Shown here: piece after piece, positions 9,516 to 17,086 of the stretch
How the letters are laid out: the number at the start of each line of letters is the position of its first letter
How positions within the stretch are numbered: position 1 is the stretch's first letter
The notes under the pieces: model-generated
The model's database searches: none
The model's input: only the letters and a program-made list of their open reading frames with translations
What the model was told of the DNA's origin: nothing
Made by a program: the position numbers and the translations under genes
From: a virus
Taxonomy: Duplodnaviria > Caudoviricetes
Direction: 5' to 3' (one strand)
Length of the DNA: 58,166 nt
Virus record (IMG/VR): IMGVR_UViG_3300010371_000006
Coordinates: 1-58,166 of that record

Positions 9516-9878
9516 ATGATGACGCACCCCTCCATACCCCTCGAGAAGACGCCGACCTTCGCGTCGATGCTCACCGACCCCAGGTTCGCGGAGATCGCTC
9601 GGGAGCTCTTGGACAACCCTCGCCCGCCGGCCGGCGACCCGTACAATGGGTCCTCTCACTCGGTCTACCTGCGACGTCACACGGGGCTGGACAACTGCCC
9701 CATCTGCCAGCCGATTTCACTCAGCTTCGAGCTGACCAACCCGCGCCCCCCGCGCGACGACCGGCACCTGGCTATCTGCGCCGTGCCGGCGACCGACCCC
9801 TCCCGCCTCGAGCCGGTGAAGACACACAACAAGAAGCCGGGTACCCCCCGCCGCCGTTCAACGAAGGTGTCCCGCTGA
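9516..9878 (+). CDS. Hypothetical protein
   Basis: Follows the promoter; H...CPIC. Confidence 0.6.
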   Translation: MMTHPSIPLEKTPTFASMLTDPRFAEIARELLDNPRPPAGDPYNGSSHSVYLRRHTGLDNCPICQPISLSFELTNPRPPRDDRHLAICAVPATDPSRLEPVKTHNKKPGTPRRRSTKVSR

Positions 9879-9879
9879 C

Positions 9880-10293
9880 ATGGCGCCCACCGGTACCCTT
9901 CGAGGCATCATCATCCCGGCGAACCCCGGCGACACGCTGATCGAGATCACGATCGACGGCGGCTACAGCGCCTGGCTGGAACGCATGGCGGATCGCATCG
10001 CCTACGGAGACATGATCGAGATGGTCCACTCCACTAAGCTGTGCGAGTTGTTGCGCAAGCCGTGGTACAACCACATTCTCTCGATGGTGGTCCACGAAGA
10101 CGGGCATAAGGTAGGGTTGGCCGTCAACCCCCGGGCCACCATCTTCTACCCTCACTACCCGGGCATCGCCGGCGACGCCATGATCATCGGCGAGGACCGC
10201 AGTGACCCCTACGAGGGCGCTTGGCCAGAGACGCTGCCCGACTATATCACAGTCGGTCGGCTCAACGAATACATCCACCACAACTCCCGCTAG
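9880..10293 (+). CDS. Hypothetical protein (DUF3846-like)
   Basis: VHEDG..GLAVNPRAT...IAGDAMIIG pattern. Confidence 0.6.
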   Translation: MAPTGTLRGIIIPANPGDTLIEITIDGGYSAWLERMADRIAYGDMIEMVHSTKLCELLRKPWYNHILSMVVHEDGHKVGLAVNPRATIFYPHYPGIAGDAMIIGEDRSDPYEGAWPETLPDYITVGRLNEYIHHNSR

Positions 10294-10305
10294 GATATCA
10301 CGCAG

Positions 10306-10533
10306 TTGAGCCTCTTTCTTAAGGGGATCGTCGAGTTCGGCCTCTCTCTCGGGGTCGGACTCGGCGTTCCTGTCGGCCTCTTCATCTACCTCGGCATGGT
10401 CACTGAGCAGTGGCTTGAGAACCGCAAAGCTCTCCGCATACGGAAGAACTCCACCCGCCGCCCCCCATCCATCTCGGGCAACACTGAGCCGATACCCATG
10501 GTTATCCCCGACGGTGTGGAGCACGAGCTGTGA
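10306..10533 (+). CDS. Putative membrane protein
   Basis: Hydrophobic N-terminus followed by basic residues. Confidence 0.5.
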   Translation: MSLFLKGIVEFGLSLGVGLGVPVGLFIYLGMVTEQWLENRKALRIRKNSTRRPPSISGNTEPIPMVIPDGVEHEL

Positions 10534-10769
10534 CCGTCAACATCCCCCGACCCACACTTGAGGCTCAGCCTTTCAAGTCCCTAGTAGTCAACGCGCTTGA
10601 GCCTCTCACTGGCATGCAGTGCGCCCAATGCGGCGAGCCCATCGTCGCCTGTGGATTCGACTGCGCCTTCCACGGCTACCTGCATAGCGAAGGGCCTCGC
10701 CGCGGCAGCCATAAATGTGGCGATATCAACGGCGACCGGACCGTAGTCAACGCATCTCTCCTGCCTTGA
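10530..10769 (+). CDS. Hypothetical Cys/His-rich protein
   Basis: CAQCGEPI...YLH...HKC; GTGA overlap. Confidence 0.6.
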   Translation: MTVNIPRPTLEAQPFKSLVVNALEPLTGMQCAQCGEPIVACGFDCAFHGYLHSEGPRRGSHKCGDINGDRTVVNASLLP

Positions 10770-10796
10770 CAAACCTTAATTGCCTGGTGATATATT
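10766..10796 (+). promoter_or_regulatory. SigA-type promoter (long spacer)
   Basis: TTGACA-N19-TATATT with a TG extension. Confidence 0.55.
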
Positions 10797-10834
10797 GGTA
10801 AACGACGCATCAAATCACACAGGCAACAGGAGGC

Positions 10835-11434
10835 ATGATGGGCACGTCCCTCTCGACGGGTGAGATAGCCGCATCCTTCGGCACCACCGCTCGTATTCTT
10901 CGAAAGTTCTTGCGATCGCCGCAGTCTCCATTCGAAGCAGTCGGTCAGGGGGCCCGGTACAACATCGGGACCGAAGACCTCGACGACCTCAAGGTGAAGT
11001 TCGAGGCCTGGGCCACTCGGCCCGGGTCTCGCTCCACTTCGACGGCGACGGATGAAGAACCCTCGAAGGCGGCTAAGCGATCGAAGGCGGTGCCCCAGCG
11101 ACGCAACCCGCTCGACGAGGACGACCTCCAGACCCGACTCAGCGGCTCCATTTTGGATCGCCGGCGAGCTCATGGCATGACCTGCAACTTCAGCTGGAAG
11201 CATTCGAAGGTGGCGGGCCTCGACATAAGCTGCAAGCACGACACCCACAACGGTACTAGGTTCTGCATCATGCACCAGCAGATCACCTTCTGCGGCGATC
11301 TCGACACTCCCCAGCCGGGCTACTGCGGTCCGGGCCCATACCCCAAGCCCTTCTGCAAGTGGCACAACGGGGAGATAAGCGAGGAGGAACTCGAAGCTCA
11401 TCTCGCCCTACCGGTCGAGCAGTGGGATAAGTGA
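10835..11434 (+). CDS. HTH DNA-binding protein with C-terminal Cys/His zinc-binding motifs
   Basis: STGEIAASFGTTARILRKFLRS...VGQGARY; FCIMH and FCKWH; RBS AGGAGG. Confidence 0.75.
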   Translation: MMGTSLSTGEIAASFGTTARILRKFLRSPQSPFEAVGQGARYNIGTEDLDDLKVKFEAWATRPGSRSTSTATDEEPSKAAKRSKAVPQRRNPLDEDDLQTRLSGSILDRRRAHGMTCNFSWKHSKVAGLDISCKHDTHNGTRFCIMHQQITFCGDLDTPQPGYCGPGPYPKPFCKWHNGEISEEELEAHLALPVEQWDK

Positions 11435-11470
11435 CCCCATAAACTTCCCTCTTCGTTCAGAGGGACAGAG

Positions 11471-11543
11471 CTGAGCGACTGCCGCTTCCCCTAGGCCGGG
11501 TTAAACCATATCCTCGTACCGCCCGGCGCCGGCAGTCGCTCAG
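11471..11543 (+). ncRNA. Intergenic stem-loop with a C-rich internal loop (candidate sRNA element)
   Basis: 14-bp stem CTGAGCGACTGCCG/CGGCAGTCGCTCAG, inner stem GCCGGG/CCCGGC, bulge CTTCCCCTAG. Confidence 0.45.
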
Positions 11544-11558
11544 TGGTGTGTGGGGAGG

Positions 11559-11587
11559 TTGACAAACCCGCACATCGTTGGTATACT
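11559..11587 (+). promoter_or_regulatory. SigA-type promoter, leaderless
   Basis: TTGACA-N17-TATACT; ATG follows 6 nt later at 11594. Confidence 0.8.
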
Positions 11588-11593
11588 GGGGCT

Positions 11594-11863
11594 ATGCAGA
11601 ATTACACCAAGCGAAAGCTCATGGAGCTGCTCGAGAAGCTGCCCGAGGATGCGATGATCGCCTTCGTGGCTGCGCACGACATGGAGTCGGGCGACATATT
11701 CATCCCCCTGGGTGAGTACGACCCCGACCACCCGAGCTCCGACTGCTTCTACATCGCGGCGGGTGACCCGGACGAAGCCGAGCTCGGCGAAGTCAGTGCC
11801 ACTCCGATCCCGGACTACGATGACGGCATGAGCAACTTCATGCCCGACCGGGAGGAGCCGTGA
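11594..11863 (+). CDS. Hypothetical acidic protein
   Basis: Leaderless start; TKRKLMELLEKLPEDA N-terminus. Confidence 0.7.
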   Translation: MQNYTKRKLMELLEKLPEDAMIAFVAAHDMESGDIFIPLGEYDPDHPSSDCFYIAAGDPDEAELGEVSATPIPDYDDGMSNFMPDREEP

Positions 11864-12102
11864 CTGAGAACGCCGAGAATGCCGCGCAGGCCGCGCTGAG
11901 GCTGGACAGGATGATCGACAACACCGTCGATGACCAGGGCACTATTAACGCCCAGGACATCATGGACATCGAGACGATCATCTACCGCCTGAGGATGCTC
12001 GAGTCCGCCCTTCAGTTCGGCATCGTCACCATCGGAGGAGGTTCGCCGGGCATCAACATCCCTCCCGGCGAGTACACGCTCGTACCAGTGGTCAGGAGTT
12101 AG
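11860..12102 (+). CDS. Hypothetical protein
   Basis: GTGA overlap; RBS GGAGGAG. Confidence 0.65.
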   Translation: MTENAENAAQAALRLDRMIDNTVDDQGTINAQDIMDIETIIYRLRMLESALQFGIVTIGGGSPGINIPPGEYTLVPVVRS

Positions 12103-12103
12103 C

Positions 12104-12322
12104 GTGAGACTCTGGCTCGGACTCGGGGAACGACTTGGACCCTTCTGGGCCGGAGTCACTCTCCTCTCCACACGCAGGCACAGCAGCATCGAAGACTGGC
12201 CCGACCCCCGAGTGCCAGCGAAGATCAACCCCTGGGCCATGACCTGCGCTGGGGTATTCGTGTTGATCGGGGTGGCTGTAGCCACTACCCTCTTCGTAGC
12301 TTTTCTTGTCCTTCTGCTCTAA
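12104..12322 (+). CDS. Putative membrane protein
   Basis: C-terminal hydrophobic helix; RBS AGGAG. Confidence 0.55.
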   Translation: MRLWLGLGERLGPFWAGVTLLSTRRHSSIEDWPDPRVPAKINPWAMTCAGVFVLIGVAVATTLFVAFLVLLL

Positions 12323-12326
12323 GCTA

Positions 12327-12355
12327 TTGACACCTTGGCGCAGAGATGGCATCAT
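12327..12355 (+). promoter_or_regulatory. Promoter for the tRNA/ncRNA cluster
   Basis: TTGACA-N17-CATCAT with a TG extension. Confidence 0.7.
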
Positions 12356-12443
12356 CTAATCATCGCACCCGACGAACGACCCCTTCGGTACATCGGCTGC
12401 GATTGCTCCCTTACCTTCTCCCCCCCGAGGCGAGGGAGTACAA

Positions 12444-12517
12444 TGCGGGATAGAGCAGCTAGGTAGCTCGCCAGACCCATACTCTGGAGGTCGCAGGTTC
12501 AAATCCTGCTCCCGCTA
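12444..12517 (+). tRNA. tRNA-Met(CAT), initiator-like with an atypical anticodon arm
   Basis: Cloverleaf: acceptor TGCGGGA/TCCCGCT, D stem GAGC/GCTC, anticodon arm CCAGA-CCCATAC-TCTGG, T arm GCAGG-TTCAAAT-CCTGC. Confidence 0.85.
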
Positions 12518-12520
12518 CAA

Positions 12521-12586
12521 GGAACTCCTATCGGCGATGAGCTTGGTCCCACCACCTTACTCATCCACGGAACCGGTAGGAGTTCC
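12521..12586 (+). ncRNA. Long stem-loop directly after the tRNA
   Basis: GGAACTCCTATCGG/CCGGTAGGAGTTCC with inner stem GATGAG/CTCATC. Confidence 0.5.
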
Positions 12587-12601
12587 GTTCCATGTTACCC
12601 C

Positions 12602-12673
12602 TAGGGCCATCAGGACGCTGACATATGGGAAAGCCGGCAGGCGAGCGGTTCGAATCCGCGAGGCCCACTACCA
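12602..12673 (+). ncRNA. tRNA-like element (T arm, acceptor-like stem, CCA; no canonical D or anticodon arm)
   Basis: GCGG-TTCGAAT-CCGC; GGGCC/GGCCC; ends in ACCA. Confidence 0.45.
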
Positions 12674-12724
12674 TCAGGAGCCTGATGAGCGAGATCTAAC
12701 CTTGCGTCTACACTACCAGGCCAT

Positions 12725-12753
12725 TTGACGGACCTGTACCTGGCCCCTATAGT
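12725..12753 (+). promoter_or_regulatory. SigA-type promoter
   Basis: TTGACG-N17-TATAGT. Confidence 0.75.
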
Positions 12754-12952
12754 TATCTTATCGCCCCTACGCAGGGGGCCGAACTAGGAGGGGCGCCATG
12801 AACGGTACCTCTGCCGGCATAATATCGCCTGCCAACGGCGCGAAGGTCGTGAGGAGCCCGTTGGCAGGGACGACCACCACTCTCACGACGGCCCCATAGG
12901 GGTTACTGCCACCTCCCCGTACGGTCTGCAGCAACTTCATGAGGGTGACACC

Positions 12953-13114
12953 ATGAGCGCCAAGGACTACGTTCCTCCGCCGGGTTACCGGCCCCCGTTT
13001 CCCCCGCACGCCCCGGCTCCTGACGACAGCGATTGTCCCCACGACAAGGAAGTCGTCCTAGCCGGTCGACGCATCTGCCAGGCTGGCTGTAGCAGGGACC
13101 TCGGTCCCGCCTAG
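12953..13114 (+). CDS. Small Pro-rich, Cys/His protein (53 aa, below the ORF-track cutoff)
   Basis: MSAKDYVPPPGYRPPFPPHAPAPDDSDCPHDKEVVLAGRRICQAGCSRDLGPA; RBS GAGGGTG. Confidence 0.5.
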   Translation: MSAKDYVPPPGYRPPFPPHAPAPDDSDCPHDKEVVLAGRRICQAGCSRDLGPA

Positions 13115-13228
13115 CCCCTCTATCCTCGGTGGTACTCCCCCTCGGCCGCCGATGAACACTGCCTCCCGCTCCTCGCGCCCCGCCCCGGGCGGGAGGCAGT
13201 AGGCCGGATGAGCACCGGAAGCCCGGCC

Positions 13229-13268
13229 CCAGAAGACCCTCCCACTCTGCTCAGGGAGGGTCTTTTGG
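13229..13268 (+). terminator. Intrinsic terminator
   Basis: CCAGAAGACCCTCCC-loop-GGGAGGGTCTTTTGG. Confidence 0.7.
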
Positions 13269-13290
13269 CGTGGTCGTGCCATTAGCCGCC

Positions 13291-13319
13291 TTGACAAACC
13301 CACACCCGGCCCATATACT
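13291..13319 (+). promoter_or_regulatory. SigA-type promoter
   Basis: TTGACA-N17-TATACT. Confidence 0.8.
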
Positions 13320-13364
13320 TTACTCATCGCCCCCCGTCGGGGGGCACGACACCTAGGGGATGGT

Positions 13365-13553
13365 ATGAGCACGAAGCTGACCACCAAGCTGATGGGGCTC
13401 CACAAGTACCTGGCGCCGAGCGCCGGCGACATACAGTCCGGCCGCTGCCAGCCCTACCCCTTCGAGCAGTTCCAGCGCGAGTGGGCCGAGCTCAGCCCCC
13501 ACGCCAAGAACCAGCTCACCACCGGCATCAACTCGCTGGCCTTCACCTACTGA
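13365..13553 (+). CDS. Hypothetical protein (monocistronic)
   Basis: Own promoter, RBS AGGGGA and terminator. Confidence 0.75.
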   Translation: MSTKLTTKLMGLHKYLAPSAGDIQSGRCQPYPFEQFQREWAELSPHAKNQLTTGINSLAFTY

Positions 13554-13561
13554 CCCACATT

Positions 13562-13603
13562 CCAGGAGCCCCTGCCTACTCTTCCCAGGCAGGGGCTCTT
13601 TGG
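13562..13603 (+). terminator. Intrinsic terminator
   Basis: GAGCCCCTGCCT/AGGCAGGGGCTC followed by TTT. Confidence 0.7.
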
Positions 13604-13717
13604 CGTGTCGCATCGATCAAAGCTCCTAGTGTCTTCTCTAAGCGAAGGGCATATAGCGCGCGACTCATTTATCGCACCGCTATATGCCCAAGCTTCAGGA
13701 ATGCTTCCCAGCAATCC

Positions 13718-14044
13718 CTAGGCCTTCTTTTTGTGCGATGCGCGCATCGATGCGCGCATGCCCTCGACGGCCGAGACGGCTTCATCGACCGTGCAGACCA
13801 CGACGCACACACCGCCAGCCTTGCGGATCTGGTCGTGCATATGGGCCTGCTTCGCAGACACGTTGTCTATCGTCTGAGGTGTCTTGACCTCCAGACCGAG
13901 AAATGCCCCGTCCACGCAAGCGATCAGATCAGGCAGGCCTGCCGGCATGAGCGCGCTACCATGCACCTTGAAGACGAACACCCCCAGCTTACGCAGCTCC
14001 TTTTGTATGTTGGCCTGTATTCGCCCCTCGGGTGTGGAACCCAT
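13718..14044 (-). CDS. VRR-NUC nuclease (Holliday junction resolvase-like)
   Basis: E..IQ, GLPDL, LEVK and KQ motifs. Confidence 0.9.
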   Translation of the reverse strand: MGSTPEGRIQANIQKELRKLGVFVFKVHGSALMPAGLPDLIACVDGAFLGLEVKTPQTIDNVSAKQAHMHDQIRKAGGVCVVVCTVDEAVSAVEGMRASMRASHKKKA

Positions 14045-14086
14045 ATTCTCACCGTCTCTTCTTGGCCTTCATCTATTCAAACAACA

Positions 14087-14137
14087 GTAAGACCGCCGGC
14101 TGACGCACCCCAGGCAAAGGAGTACCGGCGGTCTTAC
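14087..14137 (-). terminator. Stem-loop/terminator
   Basis: GTAAGACCGCCGG/CCGGCGGTCTTAC followed by TGTTGTTT on the minus strand. Confidence 0.6.
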
Positions 14138-14184
14138 CGGAGAACTAGCACCACCCACAGGCGCTTTATCTCTGCTGCCAAGTC

Positions 14185-14214
14185 ATTATCTCATCGAGAT
14201 CAACGGCTTGTCAA
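14185..14214 (-). promoter_or_regulatory. SigA-type promoter
   Basis: TTGACA-N18-GATAAT. Confidence 0.65.
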
Positions 14215-14220
14215 CATGTC

Positions 14221-14937
14221 CTACAGGTCGTCCAGGTCCAGGTCCTCAAGGTCGTCGTCGGTGACCGTGCGCTGAGCCGACGGCTTCTTCTTGGAGGCTG
14301 CCTTCTTGGCCGGCCGCTTCGGAGGCTCGGGCTCTTCCTCCTCGTCCTCCGGCTCCTCCTCGTCCTCCTCCGGCTCGGGCTCGGGCTGACGCTTGGCAGA
14401 CCGCTTCTTGGCCGGCGGCGGAGTGGGCTCCTCGTCCTCCTCTTCCTCCTCGTCGTCGTCCTCAGTGGTCTCGTCCTCCGGCTCCTCCTCGTCTTCGTCC
14501 TCGTCGTCGTCGACCTCCTGGCCGCTGGTCACCTCGGAGGCGGGGATGGTGTACTGCACCTCGGACTGCAGCCGGCCGTTGTACTCGGTGTCCTGCAGCG
14601 TCACGCCGATGGTGCGGCCGACGATCTTGTTGGGGTCGAGGGCGACCCGCTTCTTGGGTATGACAGTGCCGGCGGCCGCGAAGAGCTGGCGCAGCTTCCA
14701 CAGCGAGTTCTCTTCGAGCTTGCAGTAGACCGGGTAGGTGCCGACCTGGCTGACGCCCTTGGTCGTGACCTTGACTTCGATCGTGTACAGGTACATCGGC
14801 GTCTTGTCCTTGGCGACGACGTCCTGGACGTCCTTGATCCTCGCCAGGTAGTCGCCCTCACGGAGGCGCAGCTTGTTGAACTGACCGCCCCCGTCCTTCA
14901 CGTTCGTGAAGTCGACTGTCTGCTTCTTGGCAGGCAT
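14221..14937 (-). CDS. ssDNA-binding protein (DUF669-like) with acidic tail
   Basis: LREGDYLARI...LWKLRQLFAA...YNGR; long Asp/Glu tail; sits next to a Sak4-like ATPase. Confidence 0.75.
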   Translation of the reverse strand: MPAKKQTVDFTNVKDGGGQFNKLRLREGDYLARIKDVQDVVAKDKTPMYLYTIEVKVTTKGVSQVGTYPVYCKLEENSLWKLRQLFAAAGTVIPKKRVALDPNKIVGRTIGVTLQDTEYNGRLQSEVQYTIPASEVTSGQEVDDDEDEDEEEPEDETTEDDDEEEEEDEEPTPPPAKKRSAKRQPEPEPEEDEEEPEDEEEEPEPPKRPAKKAASKKKPSAQRTVTDDDLEDLDLDDL

Positions 14938-14988
14938 GTGCTTAACTCCTTCGGTGTGGATGTGCGAGTATCATGCTATCGCACTAGA

Positions 14989-15777
14989 TTACTGAGATCT
15001 GACTTTCCCCGTGACCGTGCCAGTCGCCAGAAGCCGTTCGAGCTTCGGGATCGTGGGGTTCTTGAGGTAGTCGGGCAGCTCGTACTCCGAGCGCCCACCC
15101 GTGTCGTACAGCGGGTGCTCGCCGAGCCACAGTCGCCGCTGCTTCTTGACGACCCCATTGACCTCGACTTGGACGACGTAGATGCGTCCGATGACGTCGA
15201 CGAGCGAGTTGACGCAGCTGCGTGACCCCTTGGGCAGGTCGGCCACGAAACCCATAGGTGCCTCTGCGACATCCTCGTCGGCCTCTGCACCGTCTTGCTC
15301 GAGCGGTCGCTCCTGAGCGGTGTATATCACGCCCATGTCACGGAGCTGGTGGAAGTTGGTCATCATGGTCTTCATGACCTTGCCAGCCTGGCCCCAGTCC
15401 TTCTGGGCCACCATCCCCGGCTGGGCGTCGAGGGAGCGCTCCTCACGTACCCGCATCGTAAAGTCGAGCGCCATGTCGTTCAGCTTGGTGAGGCCGTCGA
15501 CTACCACCCATCGGTAAGGATGGTTGCCGGTTCGCAGGTAGTTGTAGACCTCGTTCAGGTCCTCCCAGCGGCGGACTTCCCAGGTGTCGGGATCCTGCCC
15601 CGTCATCCAGTCGGTGCCCTGCTCCGGGTCTATGACCAGCACGTCGGGCGCGGTGGCCGCCAGTGTGGACTTACCCTTCTTGTTGCGCCCGTAGATCAGG
15701 ACGCGAGGGAGCCGCTTCTTCTGGGAGGGCTTCATTATTCGTTTCGCGGCTATCGCCGCGTAGTCCTTGTCCGGCAT
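14989..15777 (-). CDS. AAA_24/Sak4-like ATPase (recombinase)
   Basis: LIYGRNKKGKST, IDPEQG, VVVDGLT, YTAQE. Confidence 0.85.
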   Translation of the reverse strand: MPDKDYAAIAAKRIMKPSQKKRLPRVLIYGRNKKGKSTLAATAPDVLVIDPEQGTDWMTGQDPDTWEVRRWEDLNEVYNYLRTGNHPYRWVVVDGLTKLNDMALDFTMRVREERSLDAQPGMVAQKDWGQAGKVMKTMMTNFHQLRDMGVIYTAQERPLEQDGAEADEDVAEAPMGFVADLPKGSRSCVNSLVDVIGRIYVVQVEVNGVVKKQRRLWLGEHPLYDTGGRSEYELPDYLKNPTIPKLERLLATGTVTGKVRSQ

Positions 15778-16842
15778 CTAGGATCGGGTCCCTTCGCGCT
15801 CGTCCTGGTAGTAGTACATCGGGTCTTTCTCGATATAGCCGTTGGTACGAACGGTTCGAGGGTTGCCGCCCATCAGCTCCACAGTACAGAGATCGCCGTA
15901 GCTGCAGGTGTACTCGCAGCTGCGATCCACGACGCGCTCGATCGAGTCTTCGTGAGCAAACGGGTACCGTTGGATGCGCTGCACCGTGTGGTAATACTCC
16001 TTGGCCACCTTCTGCAGCATCACATGGTCTTTGTCAAGCGACTCACGTCTGAAGAAGGGGGAGGTTTGGATCTCGCCGGGCTTGTACTTCTGCTTCTTGA
16101 GGTATGTCAGTTTGGCCTTGATCTGTTCAAGGTCGACCGGCCTCCGCTGCAGCTGACCCGAGCGCATTAGCGCCTCCACACCTCGCCGCATCGTGAGGTA
16201 GTCGGTCTCGCCCATGACCTTCGAGAGGCGGGTGCCGTCCTTAAGAGCCTTTGGCTTCGACGGCGGCACGGTGCGGATGTAGTTCCATTTGAAACCACAG
16301 ATGCCCAGGTTCTTCTTCAACGCAGCCCACAGGTAGAGGGCAGATTGGCCGTCGAGCAGCCGGAAGGTGAGATCGGGCATCTTCTTATGGGTCTTGTGGT
16401 CCCAGATCCAGAGACCGAACTGGTCCTCCATGAGGGCGTCGACCCGGCCACGATAGAGCACCCCGTTGGGCAGTTCGGCCTCTATGGTGTACTCAGTGGC
16501 GATGCAGGTGACTGGGTCGTCCTCGTAGTACCAGAGGTAGGACTCCATGAGGTCGGCCAGCTCTGTGGGAAGATCGCCGTAGTAGTCCTTCTCCTCGTCG
16601 AAGATCTGGTTGAACTTCGCCGACCGCCGCTCGTGTTCGGCCTTCCAGTCACGCCCCGAGTGATGCTCTTCGAGAAGGGCGTGCATCCAGGTGCCTCGTT
16701 CGAGCGGCTTCGAGAGGCGCTTCGGAGCGAGTCGCTGCAGGTACTTGTAGTCGTACTGCTTGGGGCAACGACGGAAGACCTTCAGTGAGGAGTGAGTGAC
16801 CACCTCCTTACCAATAGCCGGGTCGACGTAGAGATTACTCAT
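15778..16842 (-). CDS. PD-(D/E)XK Cas4/RecB-like exonuclease
   Basis: SSLKVFRRCP, GTWMHALLE, GRVD, DHKT, Q..LY and a C-terminal Cys cluster. Confidence 0.88.
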   Translation of the reverse strand: MSNLYVDPAIGKEVVTHSSLKVFRRCPKQYDYKYLQRLAPKRLSKPLERGTWMHALLEEHHSGRDWKAEHERRSAKFNQIFDEEKDYYGDLPTELADLMESYLWYYEDDPVTCIATEYTIEAELPNGVLYRGRVDALMEDQFGLWIWDHKTHKKMPDLTFRLLDGQSALYLWAALKKNLGICGFKWNYIRTVPPSKPKALKDGTRLSKVMGETDYLTMRRGVEALMRSGQLQRRPVDLEQIKAKLTYLKKQKYKPGEIQTSPFFRRESLDKDHVMLQKVAKEYYHTVQRIQRYPFAHEDSIERVVDRSCEYTCSYGDLCTVELMGGNPRTVRTNGYIEKDPMYYYQDEREGTRS

Positions 16843-17029
16843 CTTTCTCCTCTACTACCACGTTTTGAAGAGCGACAGAGCCGGTCTCACCCATATACAG
16901 GCCCACCGCTGCGTCAAGCACCTGGTAAGAGATGCCCTCGGAGTTGATCCGTTGTCCCTTGTTGAGGATAGGCAACTGACCCTGCCAGATGATCTTACCC
17001 TCTCGGTTCATGACCTGTGTGGCTAGCAT
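16835..17029 (-). CDS. Hypothetical protein
   Basis: RBS GGGAGG; promoter TTGCCT-N18-TATACT at 17065-17094. Confidence 0.6.
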   Translation of the reverse strand: MLATQVMNREGKIIWQGQLPILNKGQRINSEGISYQVLDAAVGLYMGETGSVALQNVVVEEKDE

Positions 17030-17086
17030 CTGCTCATCCTCCCTTCGTTGTCGTCGTAATCTCTAGTATATCATGGCCGTCAACTG

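Noticed and set aside
12672-12712. Hammerhead ribozyme-like CTGATGA followed by a stem
   Set aside because: The required GAAA after stem II is absent (GTCT), and CTGATG is paired in the CATCAGG/CCTGATG hairpin.
12760-13270. tmRNA
   Set aside because: A pseudoknot is present, but there is no tRNA-Ala-like acceptor end with T arm and CCA flanking it, and no tag-like reading frame.
15778-16842. Cas4-like gene as evidence of a CRISPR system
   Set aside because: No repeat-spacer array or other cas genes; its context (Sak4-like ATPase, SSB) indicates phage recombination.
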